Below, in pieces: positions 36,261-45,712 of a stretch of DNA of 64,000 nt. How positions within the stretch are numbered: the first letter of the stretch is position 1; each line of letters opens with the position of its first letter. The stretch comes from Candidatus Latescibacterota bacterium (GTDB lineage Bacteria > Latescibacterota > UBA2968 > GCA-2709665). The stretch lies in NCBI GenBank assembly GCA_965219995.1, contig CBDCOX010000002.1:352001-416000 (forward strand), written 5' to 3'. A model generated the notes under the pieces. It worked only from the letters and a program-made list of their open reading frames with translations, was not told the origin of the DNA and made no database searches. Made by a program: the position numbers and the translations under genes.

Positions 36261-38630
36261 ATGCGATCGGGCGACATCACCTCACGCGAACCCGGACGGA
36301 TTCTGCCTACGTGCTCACGATGCGCATGCGGCGTAACGTTCTCCCGGTGCGCGACGTCGCGGATTCTGATCGTCGTTGGCGTCGTGATGGTTTGCGCCTT
36401 CCCGGTCGCAGCCGCGGATACGGCGCCTCCGTCTGCCTTTCAGGATAGTGCAGCGATGCTTCTTGCCGAGGTGCCGCTGGACGTGCTTCTGGCGAAGTAC
36501 GGCGATTCGCTGTTCAGCCCGCCTGAGGGCACGGCGCGGATTTTGAGGGATCGCTACGGCGTGCCTCACATTTACGGCCTTCGAGACGTCGACGTCGCGT
36601 TCGGATTCGGCTATGCGCAGGCCCAGGATCACCTGGTTCCGATGTTGCTGAATTACCGGGCGGCGTCGGGTACGGCGTCGGAAGTACTCGGCGCCGGTCA
36701 TTTGGAAAGCGACGAGCGGGCGTTGCTCTGGCGGGTCCGGGACGTGGCCGTCGCACGATACGGCGCGCTGCCCCCCGAAACTCGGGATCTGATTCGCGCA
36801 TTTGCCGACGGCGTAAACCACTACATCGACGTCTACAGGGAGGGGTTGCCCGACTGGGTAACCTCCGTGGGCGGTACGGACATCGTGGCGCTGTCCCGGT
36901 GGGTGATCATGTTGTTTGCGGAGCGGGCGGGAACGCTCGAATTGCAGGATGCGGGCCTGACGCCGATGCTCGGAGCCCGTCGCGCCACCTCGAACATGTG
37001 GGTATTGGGAGGTTCGCGAACCGCCTCCGGAAACCCTGTCTTCGTGATGGACGTGCACCTCCCGTGGCGCGCTCCCTTTCAACCTTACGAGGCGCACCTT
37101 GTCAGCCGGGAAGGGCTGAACGTCGCGGGCGTGACCGTGTTCGGCCTCCCGGTCATTCTGGCAGGCCACAACCGCCGCATGGCGTGGTCGCTGGCGGCGA
37201 ACGACGCGGACGTGTTCGATCTGTATGAACTGAAACTGGATCCGTCAAACCGTAGACGGTATGTGTTCGAAAAGGAAATGAGGCGCATGTCGACTCAACG
37301 CGTGCGCATCCGGGTCAGGGAGCCCCGGGGAGTCCGTGAAGTCGAGCGCGAGTTGCTCTATTCGCACCATGGGCCGGTCTACAAGGCTGTAGACGACCGG
37401 GCCTATGCGGGGCGATGCAGCGCCGGGGAGGTCGTCAATGCCATCGGGCAGTTCCATAGGATCAATCGGGCAGGCGACCCGGATGCGTTCGAACGTGCGT
37501 TGCGAATGCTTCAGTTGCCCATGTTCCACGTCCTTTACGGGGACGTCGAAGGCCGCATGTTATATGTTTACAGCGCGCGCAGTCCGGTACGAGCGGAAGA
37601 ATTCGACTGGAGAAGCCCCGTTCCCGGTTGGGTTCCCGATACGGAATGGCGGAGGATAGTGGGGTACGAGCGACTCCCGCGAATCCTGAATCCCCCCTCC
37701 GATTTCCTGCAGAACTGCAATGTTGCGCCGAACTTCGTAACGCACGACAGCGGTCTCAAGTCCGTGGATTATCCGCCTTTCATGGGCTGGGGCGGGCTCG
37801 ACGACCGCGGGCAGCGCCTGCTGACCTGGCTGTCGGCCAATCGGAAGGCGACGCTGGGCCAGTTGAAGGAACTGGCCAGAGATTCCTATCTGATCGCGGC
37901 GGAGGAACTGAAGGGCTTCATCCTCAGGGCGTACAATCGAACGTGGTGGGACATCTACGACCCGGACAGGCAGTTGGCCCTTGCCGTGGAGCTGCTGCGC
38001 GGCTGGGACAACCGCGCGTCGGTCGACAGCCGTGCGACACTCCTGTTCTCCATCTGGAAGTCCAGGTTCATCGAGCTGTTTTCGGGTGTACCTCCCGAAC
38101 AATTGAACCAGGTGCGGGTTATGGAGAAACTTGCCCTCGAGGCGCTGAGAATGGCCGTCGAGCACCTGATGACGACATACGGGCGGCTGGACGTACCCTG
38201 GGGCGAGGTGCACGTGATCGATCGGGGGGGCCGCCTGTTTCCGGTGGGAGGTTCGGCGCCGGGCACACAGGCCCTGCATACCACGCGGTCCGTCCCGGGC
38301 GACGACGGTCTGTTCCGCGTCGAGGGTGGGTCGGCCTATACGATGGTGGTGGAACTCGCCGATCCACTTCGATCCTGGAGTCTTCAGTCTCTCGGAAACA
38401 GTGAGGACCCCGATTCGGACAACTTTAGCGACCAGGCGGCGATGCAGGCGAGCGGAGAACTGAAGCGTTTTCGGCTGGACAATGAAGAAATCACCGCCAA
38501 TCTGCAGTCGGTCGTAACCGCGCCGCTCGAGCAGGCGGAGGTCGACAGGGAGCAGTTTCGCGTCCGGTGGAAGCTGAAGTCGGCGTTCGAAGGGACGGAG
38601 GACGCGGAGCCGGCCAATGGAGGCGGTTGA
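36261..38630 (+). CDS. Penicillin/AHL acylase family Ntn-hydrolase, exported
   Basis: RDRYGVPHIYG, FGYAQAQD, nucleophile SNMW, NCN; signal-like hydrophobic segment; start uncertain. Confidence 0.88.
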   Translation: MRSGDITSREPGRILPTCSRCACGVTFSRCATSRILIVVGVVMVCAFPVAAADTAPPSAFQDSAAMLLAEVPLDVLLAKYGDSLFSPPEGTARILRDRYGVPHIYGLRDVDVAFGFGYAQAQDHLVPMLLNYRAASGTASEVLGAGHLESDERALLWRVRDVAVARYGALPPETRDLIRAFADGVNHYIDVYREGLPDWVTSVGGTDIVALSRWVIMLFAERAGTLELQDAGLTPMLGARRATSNMWVLGGSRTASGNPVFVMDVHLPWRAPFQPYEAHLVSREGLNVAGVTVFGLPVILAGHNRRMAWSLAANDADVFDLYELKLDPSNRRRYVFEKEMRRMSTQRVRIRVREPRGVREVERELLYSHHGPVYKAVDDRAYAGRCSAGEVVNAIGQFHRINRAGDPDAFERALRMLQLPMFHVLYGDVEGRMLYVYSARSPVRAEEFDWRSPVPGWVPDTEWRRIVGYERLPRILNPPSDFLQNCNVAPNFVTHDSGLKSVDYPPFMGWGGLDDRGQRLLTWLSANRKATLGQLKELARDSYLIAAEELKGFILRAYNRTWWDIYDPDRQLALAVELLRGWDNRASVDSRATLLFSIWKSRFIELFSGVPPEQLNQVRVMEKLALEALRMAVEHLMTTYGRLDVPWGEVHVIDRGGRLFPVGGSAPGTQALHTTRSVPGDDGLFRVEGGSAYTMVVELADPLRSWSLQSLGNSEDPDSDNFSDQAAMQASGELKRFRLDNEEITANLQSVVTAPLEQAEVDREQFRVRWKLKSAFEGTEDAEPANGGG

Positions 38631-38633
38631 ATC

Positions 38634-39401
38634 GTGTTGCCCAGCATGCGCCTGGAAGACAAGATCGTTATGGTGACGGGCGCGGGCTCCGGCATCGGCC
38701 GGGCCGTGGCCGTCGCGGCAGCCGAGGCGGGCGCGCACTGTGTGCCGTGTGAGCTGCCGGAAAAGACCGGTGACCTGGCGGGCGTCTGCGCCGAAATCGA
38801 GGGTCTGGAACGGCGGGCGCTGCCGGTACCCCTGCGTCTGCCGGACCTGGAGAGCATTGAACTTGCCGTTGAGAGAGCCGTGAAGGAGATGGGGCGGATC
38901 GACGTGCTCGTGAACAATGCCGGCGTGAATATCCCCAGAGTCGCGCTGGACGTCGACGAGGCGGACTGGGACGGCGTGATGGACGTGAATCTGAAGGGCC
39001 TGTTCTTCATGTCCCAGCGCGTCGGGCGGCGGATGGTGAACGCCGGAGGCGGCAAGATCGTCAATATGGCTTCACAGAACGGCGTGATCGGATACTATCG
39101 CCGCGCGGCCTATTGTTCCAGCAAAGCCGGGGTTGTGAATCTGACCCGGGTGTTGGCGCTCGAGTGGGCCCCGCACGGAATCACCGTAAACGCCGTGGGC
39201 CCCACGTTTATCCTGACGCCGCTCACGCAGTCCACCTTCGACGACCCGGCGCTCCGTGAGGATCTGTTGAAGCGGATCCCGCTCGGGCGGGTCGGGCGGC
39301 CCGAAGACGTCGTGGGTGCCGTGGTCTTCCTGGCGAGCCCGGCCGCGGACCTGATCACGGGGCATACGCTGCTGGTAGACGGCGGCTGGACGGCGGTATA
39401 G
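38634..39401 (+). CDS. SDR oxidoreductase (KduD/gluconate 5-dehydrogenase-like)
   Basis: TGAGSGIG, NNAG, YCSSK, DGGW. Confidence 0.92.
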   Translation: MLPSMRLEDKIVMVTGAGSGIGRAVAVAAAEAGAHCVPCELPEKTGDLAGVCAEIEGLERRALPVPLRLPDLESIELAVERAVKEMGRIDVLVNNAGVNIPRVALDVDEADWDGVMDVNLKGLFFMSQRVGRRMVNAGGGKIVNMASQNGVIGYYRRAAYCSSKAGVVNLTRVLALEWAPHGITVNAVGPTFILTPLTQSTFDDPALREDLLKRIPLGRVGRPEDVVGAVVFLASPAADLITGHTLLVDGGWTAV

Positions 39402-39455
39402 TCGGATTCGACCCCTTCAGGAAACGGTCGATGCCGGCTGGAAGAGATTGGGCAA

Positions 39456-40421
39456 ATGGATTCGCTTGGCATTTCTGCCGTCGCGGTCGTCGGGGCGGGA
39501 ACCATGGGCGCCGGCATCGCCGGCATGTTCGCCCGGACGGGATGTCGCGTCCATCTCGTCGACCTGAGCGATGCGCTGCTGGATCGGGCCATGGCGCGCC
39601 TGCGGCTGGGTCAGGAGGCGCTGGTCGGGGCCGGCCTGCTGCGCTCCCGCGACGCGGATGCGTCGGTATCGCGCGTGACAACGACTACGGACCTGGCCGA
39701 AGCGTGTGACGGGTCGGATTTTCTGCTGGAGGCGGCGACCGAAGACCTGGCGTTGAAGCAGGGGTTGTTCTCGGCATTCGACAGACTCTGTCCGCCTGAC
39801 ACCGTTCTGGCCACCAATACGTCGGGCCTGTCGGTGACCGCCATTGCCGGTGCGACCGGTCGTCCGGACCGGGTGGGGGGTATGCACTTCTGGAACCCGC
39901 CGCATCTGATTCCCCTGGTGGAAGTGATCCGCGCCGACACGACCTCCGACGAAACGTCCGAACACCTGAAGGCGGTCGCGATCAGGCTGAACAAAAAGCC
40001 GATCACGGTGCGGCGGGACATTCCCGGGTTCGTGGGGAATCGCCTGCAGTTCGCCGTGGTTCGGGAGGCGTTGCATCTGCTGCAGGAAGGCGTGGCTTCC
40101 GCCGAGGACATCGATACGGCGATGACCGCGGGTCCCGGCCTTCGCTACAGTTTCCTTGGCCCGCTTCGGACAGCCGATCTGGGCGGACTCGATGTGTTTC
40201 ATGCCATCAGCAGCTATCTGTTCGCCAGCTTGAGCGCGGATCGGGAGGCGCCCGAGGCGTTGCACGCGCTTGTCAGGGCCGGGAAGCTCGGCGCGAAGTC
40301 GGGCGCGGGGTTTTACCGCTATACCGACGCCGACCTGGGGCGGTTCATACAACTTCGGGACCGGACCCTGCTGAGATTGACGGAGGTTCTGGAGGCGGAA
40401 GAGGGTGTGACCCATGGCTGA
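39456..40421 (+). CDS. 3-hydroxyacyl-CoA dehydrogenase family protein
   Basis: VGAGTMG, ATNTSGL, HFWNPP..IPLVE, GFVGNRLQ. Confidence 0.92.
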   Translation: MDSLGISAVAVVGAGTMGAGIAGMFARTGCRVHLVDLSDALLDRAMARLRLGQEALVGAGLLRSRDADASVSRVTTTTDLAEACDGSDFLLEAATEDLALKQGLFSAFDRLCPPDTVLATNTSGLSVTAIAGATGRPDRVGGMHFWNPPHLIPLVEVIRADTTSDETSEHLKAVAIRLNKKPITVRRDIPGFVGNRLQFAVVREALHLLQEGVASAEDIDTAMTAGPGLRYSFLGPLRTADLGGLDVFHAISSYLFASLSADREAPEALHALVRAGKLGAKSGAGFYRYTDADLGRFIQLRDRTLLRLTEVLEAEEGVTHG

Positions 40422-41412
40422 TCTGGCATCCGGTTCGGGTCCGCTGTTTACAGATCCGGATCCCGAGGCGGCGCGACAGGTCTTCCGGAAGAAGCGTGCG
40501 GCCTTCGAAGACAAAGTGACGTCCGTCCGGGACGCGGTTGCACAATTCGTGAGAGACGGGGACTATGTCGCATCCGGCGGGTTCGGCGCAAACCGGATTT
40601 CGACCGCGTGCATGCACGAGATCCTTCGGCAGGGCCGGCAGAATCTGGGTTTTGCCGGTCATACGACTACCCACGACTTCGAAATCCTGGCAGCGGGGAA
40701 TCGAAGCGGCCGCAAGCTGCTCTCACGGGTGGATGCGGCCTATATCGTCGGACTGGAAGCGAGGGGGTTGTCGCCGCAGGCCAGGCGGACGATGCAAAGC
40801 GGCGAGGTCACCGTGTGCGAGTGGTCTAATTTTGCGCTGGCGGCGCGCTTCCGGGCGGCGGCCGCGGGTGTGCCCTTTATGCCCATGCGGAGCCTGCTGG
40901 GCACGGACACCTTCAAACGCAGCGCGGCGAAGGAGATCGCCTGTCCGTTCACGGGACGCAGGCTCCTGGCCGTGCCCGCGCTGTATCCCGACGTCTCGTT
41001 TATCCACGTGCACGAAAGCGATCCCTGCGGGAATTGCCGGATTCGCGGGATTTCGGTGGCGGATTTCGACCTCGCGCGCGCCTCCAGACGGCTGGTCGTC
41101 ACAACCGAGCGACTCGTCGGCACGGAAGAGATCCGGCAGACGCCGGAGGCCACGGTGATTCCCGCGTTCTGCGTGGATGCGGTCTGCGAGGTGCCGTTCG
41201 GTTCGTACCCGGGAAACATGGCGGGCGCGTATTTCTCGGATGAGGACCACCTCACCGAATGGCTCGACGTCGAACGGGATGAAGACAGGTTCGAAGCCTT
41301 TTTGCAGAAATACATCTACGGGGTGGAGCGCTTTGAGCAGTATGTACAGCTGTGCGGTGGGGCCGAACGCCTGAAGGAACTGCGGGATCTGGAGTTGCAC
41401 CCGGGGTCCTGA
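40414..41412 (+). CDS. CoA-transferase subunit A (glutaconate CoA-transferase-like)
   Basis: V.DGD..ASGGF, AAAAGVPFMP, PALYPD, VDAVCEVPFGSYP. Confidence 0.88.
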   Translation: MADLASGSGPLFTDPDPEAARQVFRKKRAAFEDKVTSVRDAVAQFVRDGDYVASGGFGANRISTACMHEILRQGRQNLGFAGHTTTHDFEILAAGNRSGRKLLSRVDAAYIVGLEARGLSPQARRTMQSGEVTVCEWSNFALAARFRAAAAGVPFMPMRSLLGTDTFKRSAAKEIACPFTGRRLLAVPALYPDVSFIHVHESDPCGNCRIRGISVADFDLARASRRLVVTTERLVGTEEIRQTPEATVIPAFCVDAVCEVPFGSYPGNMAGAYFSDEDHLTEWLDVERDEDRFEAFLQKYIYGVERFEQYVQLCGGAERLKELRDLELHPGS

Positions 41413-41487
41413 TGGAATGCGCCGTCGCGCGTTCCGGCTGTCGAACCCGACATTCACACTCGCCAACGCGGCCGGGAGGAGAAGGGC

Positions 41488-42255
41488 ATGCCCGATTACA
41501 GCGCCACCGAACTGGCGATCTGCACGGCATCCAGAATGCTGGAGGACGGCGCCGCGGTGGGCGTCGGAACCGGAGCGCCGTGCGCCACTGCGATGCTTGC
41601 GCAGAAACGGCATGCCCCGCATCTGCTGGTCGCGTTCGAAGCAGGCGGCCTCGCGCCGCTGTTGCCGTCCATGCCGATTTCGGTCGGGGATTCCAGGACG
41701 TTTTATCAGGCCCAGATGGCAACCAGTATGGGCGACGTCATGGAGGCGTGCCAGCGCGGGATGGTGGACTACGCGTTCCTGGGCGGGGCTCAGATCGATC
41801 CGTTCGGCAACCTGAACTCAACGGTGATCGGGGATCACGGGCGTCCCAAAGTACGGTTTCCGGGCAGTGGCGGGGGAAACGACTTCGCCAGTCTTTGCTG
41901 GCGCACAATGGTCATGACGCAGCATGACCGGCGGAGGTTCGTGGAACGGCTGGATTTCCTGACTACGCCCGGCTTCCTGACGGGTCCCGGCGCCCGCGAG
42001 GAGGCGGGGTTGCCGCAGGGAGGGGGGCCGTACAAGGTGATCACGGACCTGGCCGTGATGGGGTATGATCCCGAAAGCTGCCGGATGCAGGTGGAGAGTC
42101 TACATCCCGGGGTAACCTTCGACACGGTTCAGGAAAACACCGGATTCGAGCTGTCGCTGTCACCCGATGCGGGCGAAACAGCGGTGCCTGAAGAGGACGA
42201 ACTGCGCATCCTCAGGGACGAGGTGGATCCCTACCGGTATATCATCGGCAGGTGA
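41488..42255 (+). CDS. CoA-transferase subunit B (glutaconate CoA-transferase-like)
   Basis: VGTG.P, catalytic FE.GG, LGGAQID.FGNLNST, GSGGGND, LHPGV. Confidence 0.9.
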   Translation: MPDYSATELAICTASRMLEDGAAVGVGTGAPCATAMLAQKRHAPHLLVAFEAGGLAPLLPSMPISVGDSRTFYQAQMATSMGDVMEACQRGMVDYAFLGGAQIDPFGNLNSTVIGDHGRPKVRFPGSGGGNDFASLCWRTMVMTQHDRRRFVERLDFLTTPGFLTGPGAREEAGLPQGGGPYKVITDLAVMGYDPESCRMQVESLHPGVTFDTVQENTGFELSLSPDAGETAVPEEDELRILRDEVDPYRYIIGR

Positions 42256-42271
42256 ACGGCGGAGGATTCCA

Positions 42272-43135
42272 ATGCCATCCGTAAGGGAAATTTACCGTTT
42301 CGACGAGTTGACCTGGCCCGAGGTAAACGAAGCCGTGGCGATGGGCAAGATCCCCATCATACCAACGGGCTCGGTCGAACAGCACGGACACCATCTGCCT
42401 CTGAAGGTCGATCATCTCTGCGCCGACGCGGTGGCGACCGAGGCCGCGAGAAGGAAGCCCGACCTGAGCCTGGTATTGCCGCCGGTCAGCTACGGCTACG
42501 TCCATCACGTCATGGACTTTCCGGGTTCGTTGAATATTCACTTCGAACATTTCATACAGTACGTTCTGGATATCTGCAAGAGCCTGGCCTATCATGGTTT
42601 CAAGAAGATGATCCTGGTGAACGGCCACGGATCCAACCACAACCTGGTCGATATGGTAGCCAGGCGCACGATCGTCGAAACGGACGCGAGTTGCGTGTTC
42701 TGCTCCTGGTGGCAGTTGCTGAAGGTGAATCCGGACTTCGACAAGGAGTGGCGGGAGAGCGTCTTCCCAGGTGGCTGCGCCCACGCGGGCGAACTGGAAA
42801 CGTCAATGATGTTGTACCTTGCGCCCGAAAGCGTGCGCAAGGACCGGATCAGGAGCGAAATCGCCAAAACGAACAAACTGGGGTCGAAGTACGTCTGGAC
42901 GGATCTGTTCGCCAAGGGAGCGATGGGACTGATCGAGTGGACCAGCCAGTATACGGACAGCGGAGTGATGGGCGAGGCGGAGAAGGCCACCGCGGAGAAG
43001 GGCAGGGTTGTTTTCGAGGAAGCCAGCGGGAATCTGGCGGAGTTCATCGAGGAATACCACGCGATGGAGATCGCCGGGCGCACGCCGCATCAGAAGGATG
43101 CGCCAACGTTTCCGCTGTCGTATCCCACGGATTGA
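42272..43135 (+). CDS. Creatininase family amidohydrolase
   Basis: GSVEQHGHHLP..D, NGHGSN, HAGELETS; GGAGG RBS. Confidence 0.92.
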   Translation: MPSVREIYRFDELTWPEVNEAVAMGKIPIIPTGSVEQHGHHLPLKVDHLCADAVATEAARRKPDLSLVLPPVSYGYVHHVMDFPGSLNIHFEHFIQYVLDICKSLAYHGFKKMILVNGHGSNHNLVDMVARRTIVETDASCVFCSWWQLLKVNPDFDKEWRESVFPGGCAHAGELETSMMLYLAPESVRKDRIRSEIAKTNKLGSKYVWTDLFAKGAMGLIEWTSQYTDSGVMGEAEKATAEKGRVVFEEASGNLAEFIEEYHAMEIAGRTPHQKDAPTFPLSYPTD

Positions 43136-43166
43136 TACGTTGGATCGGCTGCATGCTTCCAGCTAT

Positions 43167-43260
43167 CAGCCCGATTCATTCAAAGGCCGGAACAAACATG
43201 GATGGACAGGATAGACAGGATAAGGTCTGGAAAACCGGAAGAACGTCCTCGATTCTGTTC
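43167..43260 (+). repeat. Partial copy of the 9-mer MITE family
   Basis: GGAACAAACATGGATGGACAGGATAGACAGGATAA matches copies at 27.5 kb (reverse) and 50.63 kb. Confidence 0.7.
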
Positions 43261-43305
43261 AACCAGACAGGTGGAAATGAAGGCGTGAGCCCGTTTGACG
43301 GTTCA

Positions 43306-43397
43306 ATTACTCCCCCCTTGAGGGGGAGTCGCAGAAGCCGAGCCGGTTCCCTGAGCTTGTCGAAGGGCAGGCGACGGCTGATGCGGTGGGGGGATTT
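43306..43397 (+). repeat. REP-like composite palindromic element
   Basis: CTCCCCCCTTGAGGGGGAG hairpin plus CCCTGAGCTTGTCGAAGGG; inverted homologue at 56668-56777. Confidence 0.75.
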
Positions 43398-43594
43398 CAA
43401 TGTCTTTCCGTATGCGACAATCAGCGTGACTCAACATGCACGCATTTTACATTGAAGTCTCACTGCAAGGTCAAAATCATGAGTATCTGAAGAACGGGGT
43501 TGAAAGCGCCCCATGCTGAATTAAGACATCGTAGGCCTCGGACGACCGTTGTCTCGCCGGAGCGCAAATAACAGGAACTTAAAGGGGGTGCAGC

Positions 43595-44563
43595 ATGAAA
43601 CTCGTTACATATGGAATCGGAAGAGAACGCTTTGTGGGGTCCGTGGTCGCGGATGGCGGAATCGTGGTCGATCTGGCGGCCTCGGAAGCGGAATTGGCCG
43701 CCGGCGAGGGGCGCGCGGCGCGCGGTTTGTTCGGTGATATGCTCAGTCTGCTCGACGCGGGAGGGGCGGGGCTCCGCGCGGCGAAACAGGTCGCGCGATT
43801 TGCCGAAAACCGGCTGGGAGGTACGGCCGACGGACGGCTTGGTCATCCGGCCGGAAGCGTAAGGCTCAAAGCGCCTGTGCCGAATCCCCGAAAGGTGTTC
43901 TGCCTGGCGGGAAACTACCAGGACCATATTGAAGAGGGCGGCGGAAAAATGGCCGTCCAGGACAGGGAAACGCCGCGGGTTTTCATGAAGCCGCCGTCCA
44001 CGACGGTGATCGGCCCCGGAGAGCGCATCCTGATTCCTCCCGTCGCCCGGTCGATCGACTGGGAGGGCGAACTGGCCGTGGTGATGGGGAGAAAGGCAAA
44101 AGCGGTCAAGGCGGAAGACGCGCTGAAATACGTGGCCGGCTATACGATTATGAACGACGTGTCCGAACGGGACCTCGTGATCAAAGAGCGTACGGACAGT
44201 CGCGAACGCGACAAGTGGTTCGACTGGTTGAACGGAAAATGGCTGGATACGTTCGGGCCCCAGGGGCCATGGATCGTCACGTCGGACGAGATCAGGGACC
44301 CCCAGTCGCTGGAGATCAGCACCTACGTGAACGGCGAAAGAAAACAGAACAACAATACGGGACAGATGTTATACCCTGTCGATATGATCATCGAGTATAT
44401 CTCGGCGATAATCACCCTCGAGCCGGGTGACCTGATCAGTACCGGCACCATTTCCGGAGTGGGCGCGACCACGGGGACGTTCATGAAGCCGGGTGATCGC
44501 GTGGAAATCGAAATCTCGGGAATCGGCGTGTTGCGAAACGGCGTGGCGGCAAGCAAGCGATGA
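43595..44563 (+). CDS. Fumarylacetoacetate hydrolase family protein
   Basis: KVFCLAGNY..H, FMKP, IDWEGEL, NDVSER, GKWLDTFGP.GP, PGDLISTGT. Confidence 0.93.
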   Translation: MKLVTYGIGRERFVGSVVADGGIVVDLAASEAELAAGEGRAARGLFGDMLSLLDAGGAGLRAAKQVARFAENRLGGTADGRLGHPAGSVRLKAPVPNPRKVFCLAGNYQDHIEEGGGKMAVQDRETPRVFMKPPSTTVIGPGERILIPPVARSIDWEGELAVVMGRKAKAVKAEDALKYVAGYTIMNDVSERDLVIKERTDSRERDKWFDWLNGKWLDTFGPQGPWIVTSDEIRDPQSLEISTYVNGERKQNNNTGQMLYPVDMIIEYISAIITLEPGDLISTGTISGVGATTGTFMKPGDRVEIEISGIGVLRNGVAASKR

Positions 44564-44636
44564 CTTCGCCGCGGATTGATGGATGAACTCGCCGCCGACC
44601 AAGGGCCAGGTGTTCTGGAGATCGAGGGATGGTGGA

Positions 44637-45668
44637 ATGGACGCGAAGGACAAACGCAAGATCAACTGGTACAGGTGTCCCGTGGACAGGGATACGCTGA
44701 ACGCGCTGAATCGACGCAGCGACATCAAGGGATTCCTGCAGACCCTTGGCCACCTCGGGGTGCTCGCTCTCACGGGCGCGTCTGCCTGGTATGCATCCGA
44801 ACACCTCGCATTGCCCTTCCTGATCCTGGCCCTGTTCCTGCACGGGACCGGCTATGCATTTCTGCTGAACGGGTTTCACGAGTTCTGCCACGGCACGGTG
44901 TTCAGATCGAAGTGGCTGAACGTGGTGTTCCTCAAAGTCTTCAGTTTCCTGGGCTGGTACAATCCCGTCTTCTTCTGGACCAGCCACTCGAAGCACCACC
45001 GGTTCACCCTGCATCCGCCGGACGATATGGAAGTTGTGCTTCCGGTGGAGATTACGCTCGGCAGCTTTCTCAAGGCCGCGGTTGTCAATCCATGGGGTCT
45101 GTACAACAGATTGAAAGGGGTCGTACGTTTGTGTTTCGGGAAGTTGGAGGGTCCGTGGGAGCATGTCCTGTTTCCGGAATCGGACCCCGCGCTGCGCCGG
45201 CGCCTGTTCAACTGGGCCCGCATCCTGCTGGCGGGGCACGCGGTGATTGTGGGCGTGTCGCTCTATTTCGGTCTCTGGATGCTTCCGGTATTGATCACGG
45301 TGGCGCCGTTCTACGGCGGGTGGCTGCTGTTCCTCTGCAACAACACGCAGCATGTGGGCCTTCAGGACAACGTGCCCGATTTCAGGCTGAACAGCCGGAC
45401 CGTAATCTTGAATCCGCTGTTTCGGTTTCTCTATTGGCATATGAACTACCACATCGAACATCATATGTACGCCGCGGTTCCGTGTTATCATCTGGGAAAG
45501 CTGCACAGGTTGATCGAGCCCGACATGCCCCGGTGTCCGGTGGGCCTCGCCGCCTGCTGGAAGGAGATTGTGGGCATATTGAAAAAGCAGAAAGCAGACG
45601 CCGAATACCAGTTTGTGCCCGAACTGCCCGCCCGGGTTGACCAGTTCGAGCCGGAACCCGCGGATTGA
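44637..45668 (+). CDS. Fatty acid desaturase family (membrane di-iron) protein
   Basis: His boxes HEFCH, HSKHH, HIEHH and TM segments; alternative start at 44583. Confidence 0.88.
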   Translation: MDAKDKRKINWYRCPVDRDTLNALNRRSDIKGFLQTLGHLGVLALTGASAWYASEHLALPFLILALFLHGTGYAFLLNGFHEFCHGTVFRSKWLNVVFLKVFSFLGWYNPVFFWTSHSKHHRFTLHPPDDMEVVLPVEITLGSFLKAAVVNPWGLYNRLKGVVRLCFGKLEGPWEHVLFPESDPALRRRLFNWARILLAGHAVIVGVSLYFGLWMLPVLITVAPFYGGWLLFLCNNTQHVGLQDNVPDFRLNSRTVILNPLFRFLYWHMNYHIEHHMYAAVPCYHLGKLHRLIEPDMPRCPVGLAACWKEIVGILKKQKADAEYQFVPELPARVDQFEPEPAD

Positions 45669-45712
45669 CCTCGTCCTACAAACCCCCACCCCTCAAAGGA
45701 ACCTGTCCCACC

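Noticed and set aside
42691-43455. ORFs containing SLSLSKG or GWTGWTG-type peptides (also 49582-49914, 56518-56766)
   Set aside because: Translations of the intergenic repeat elements, not real genes
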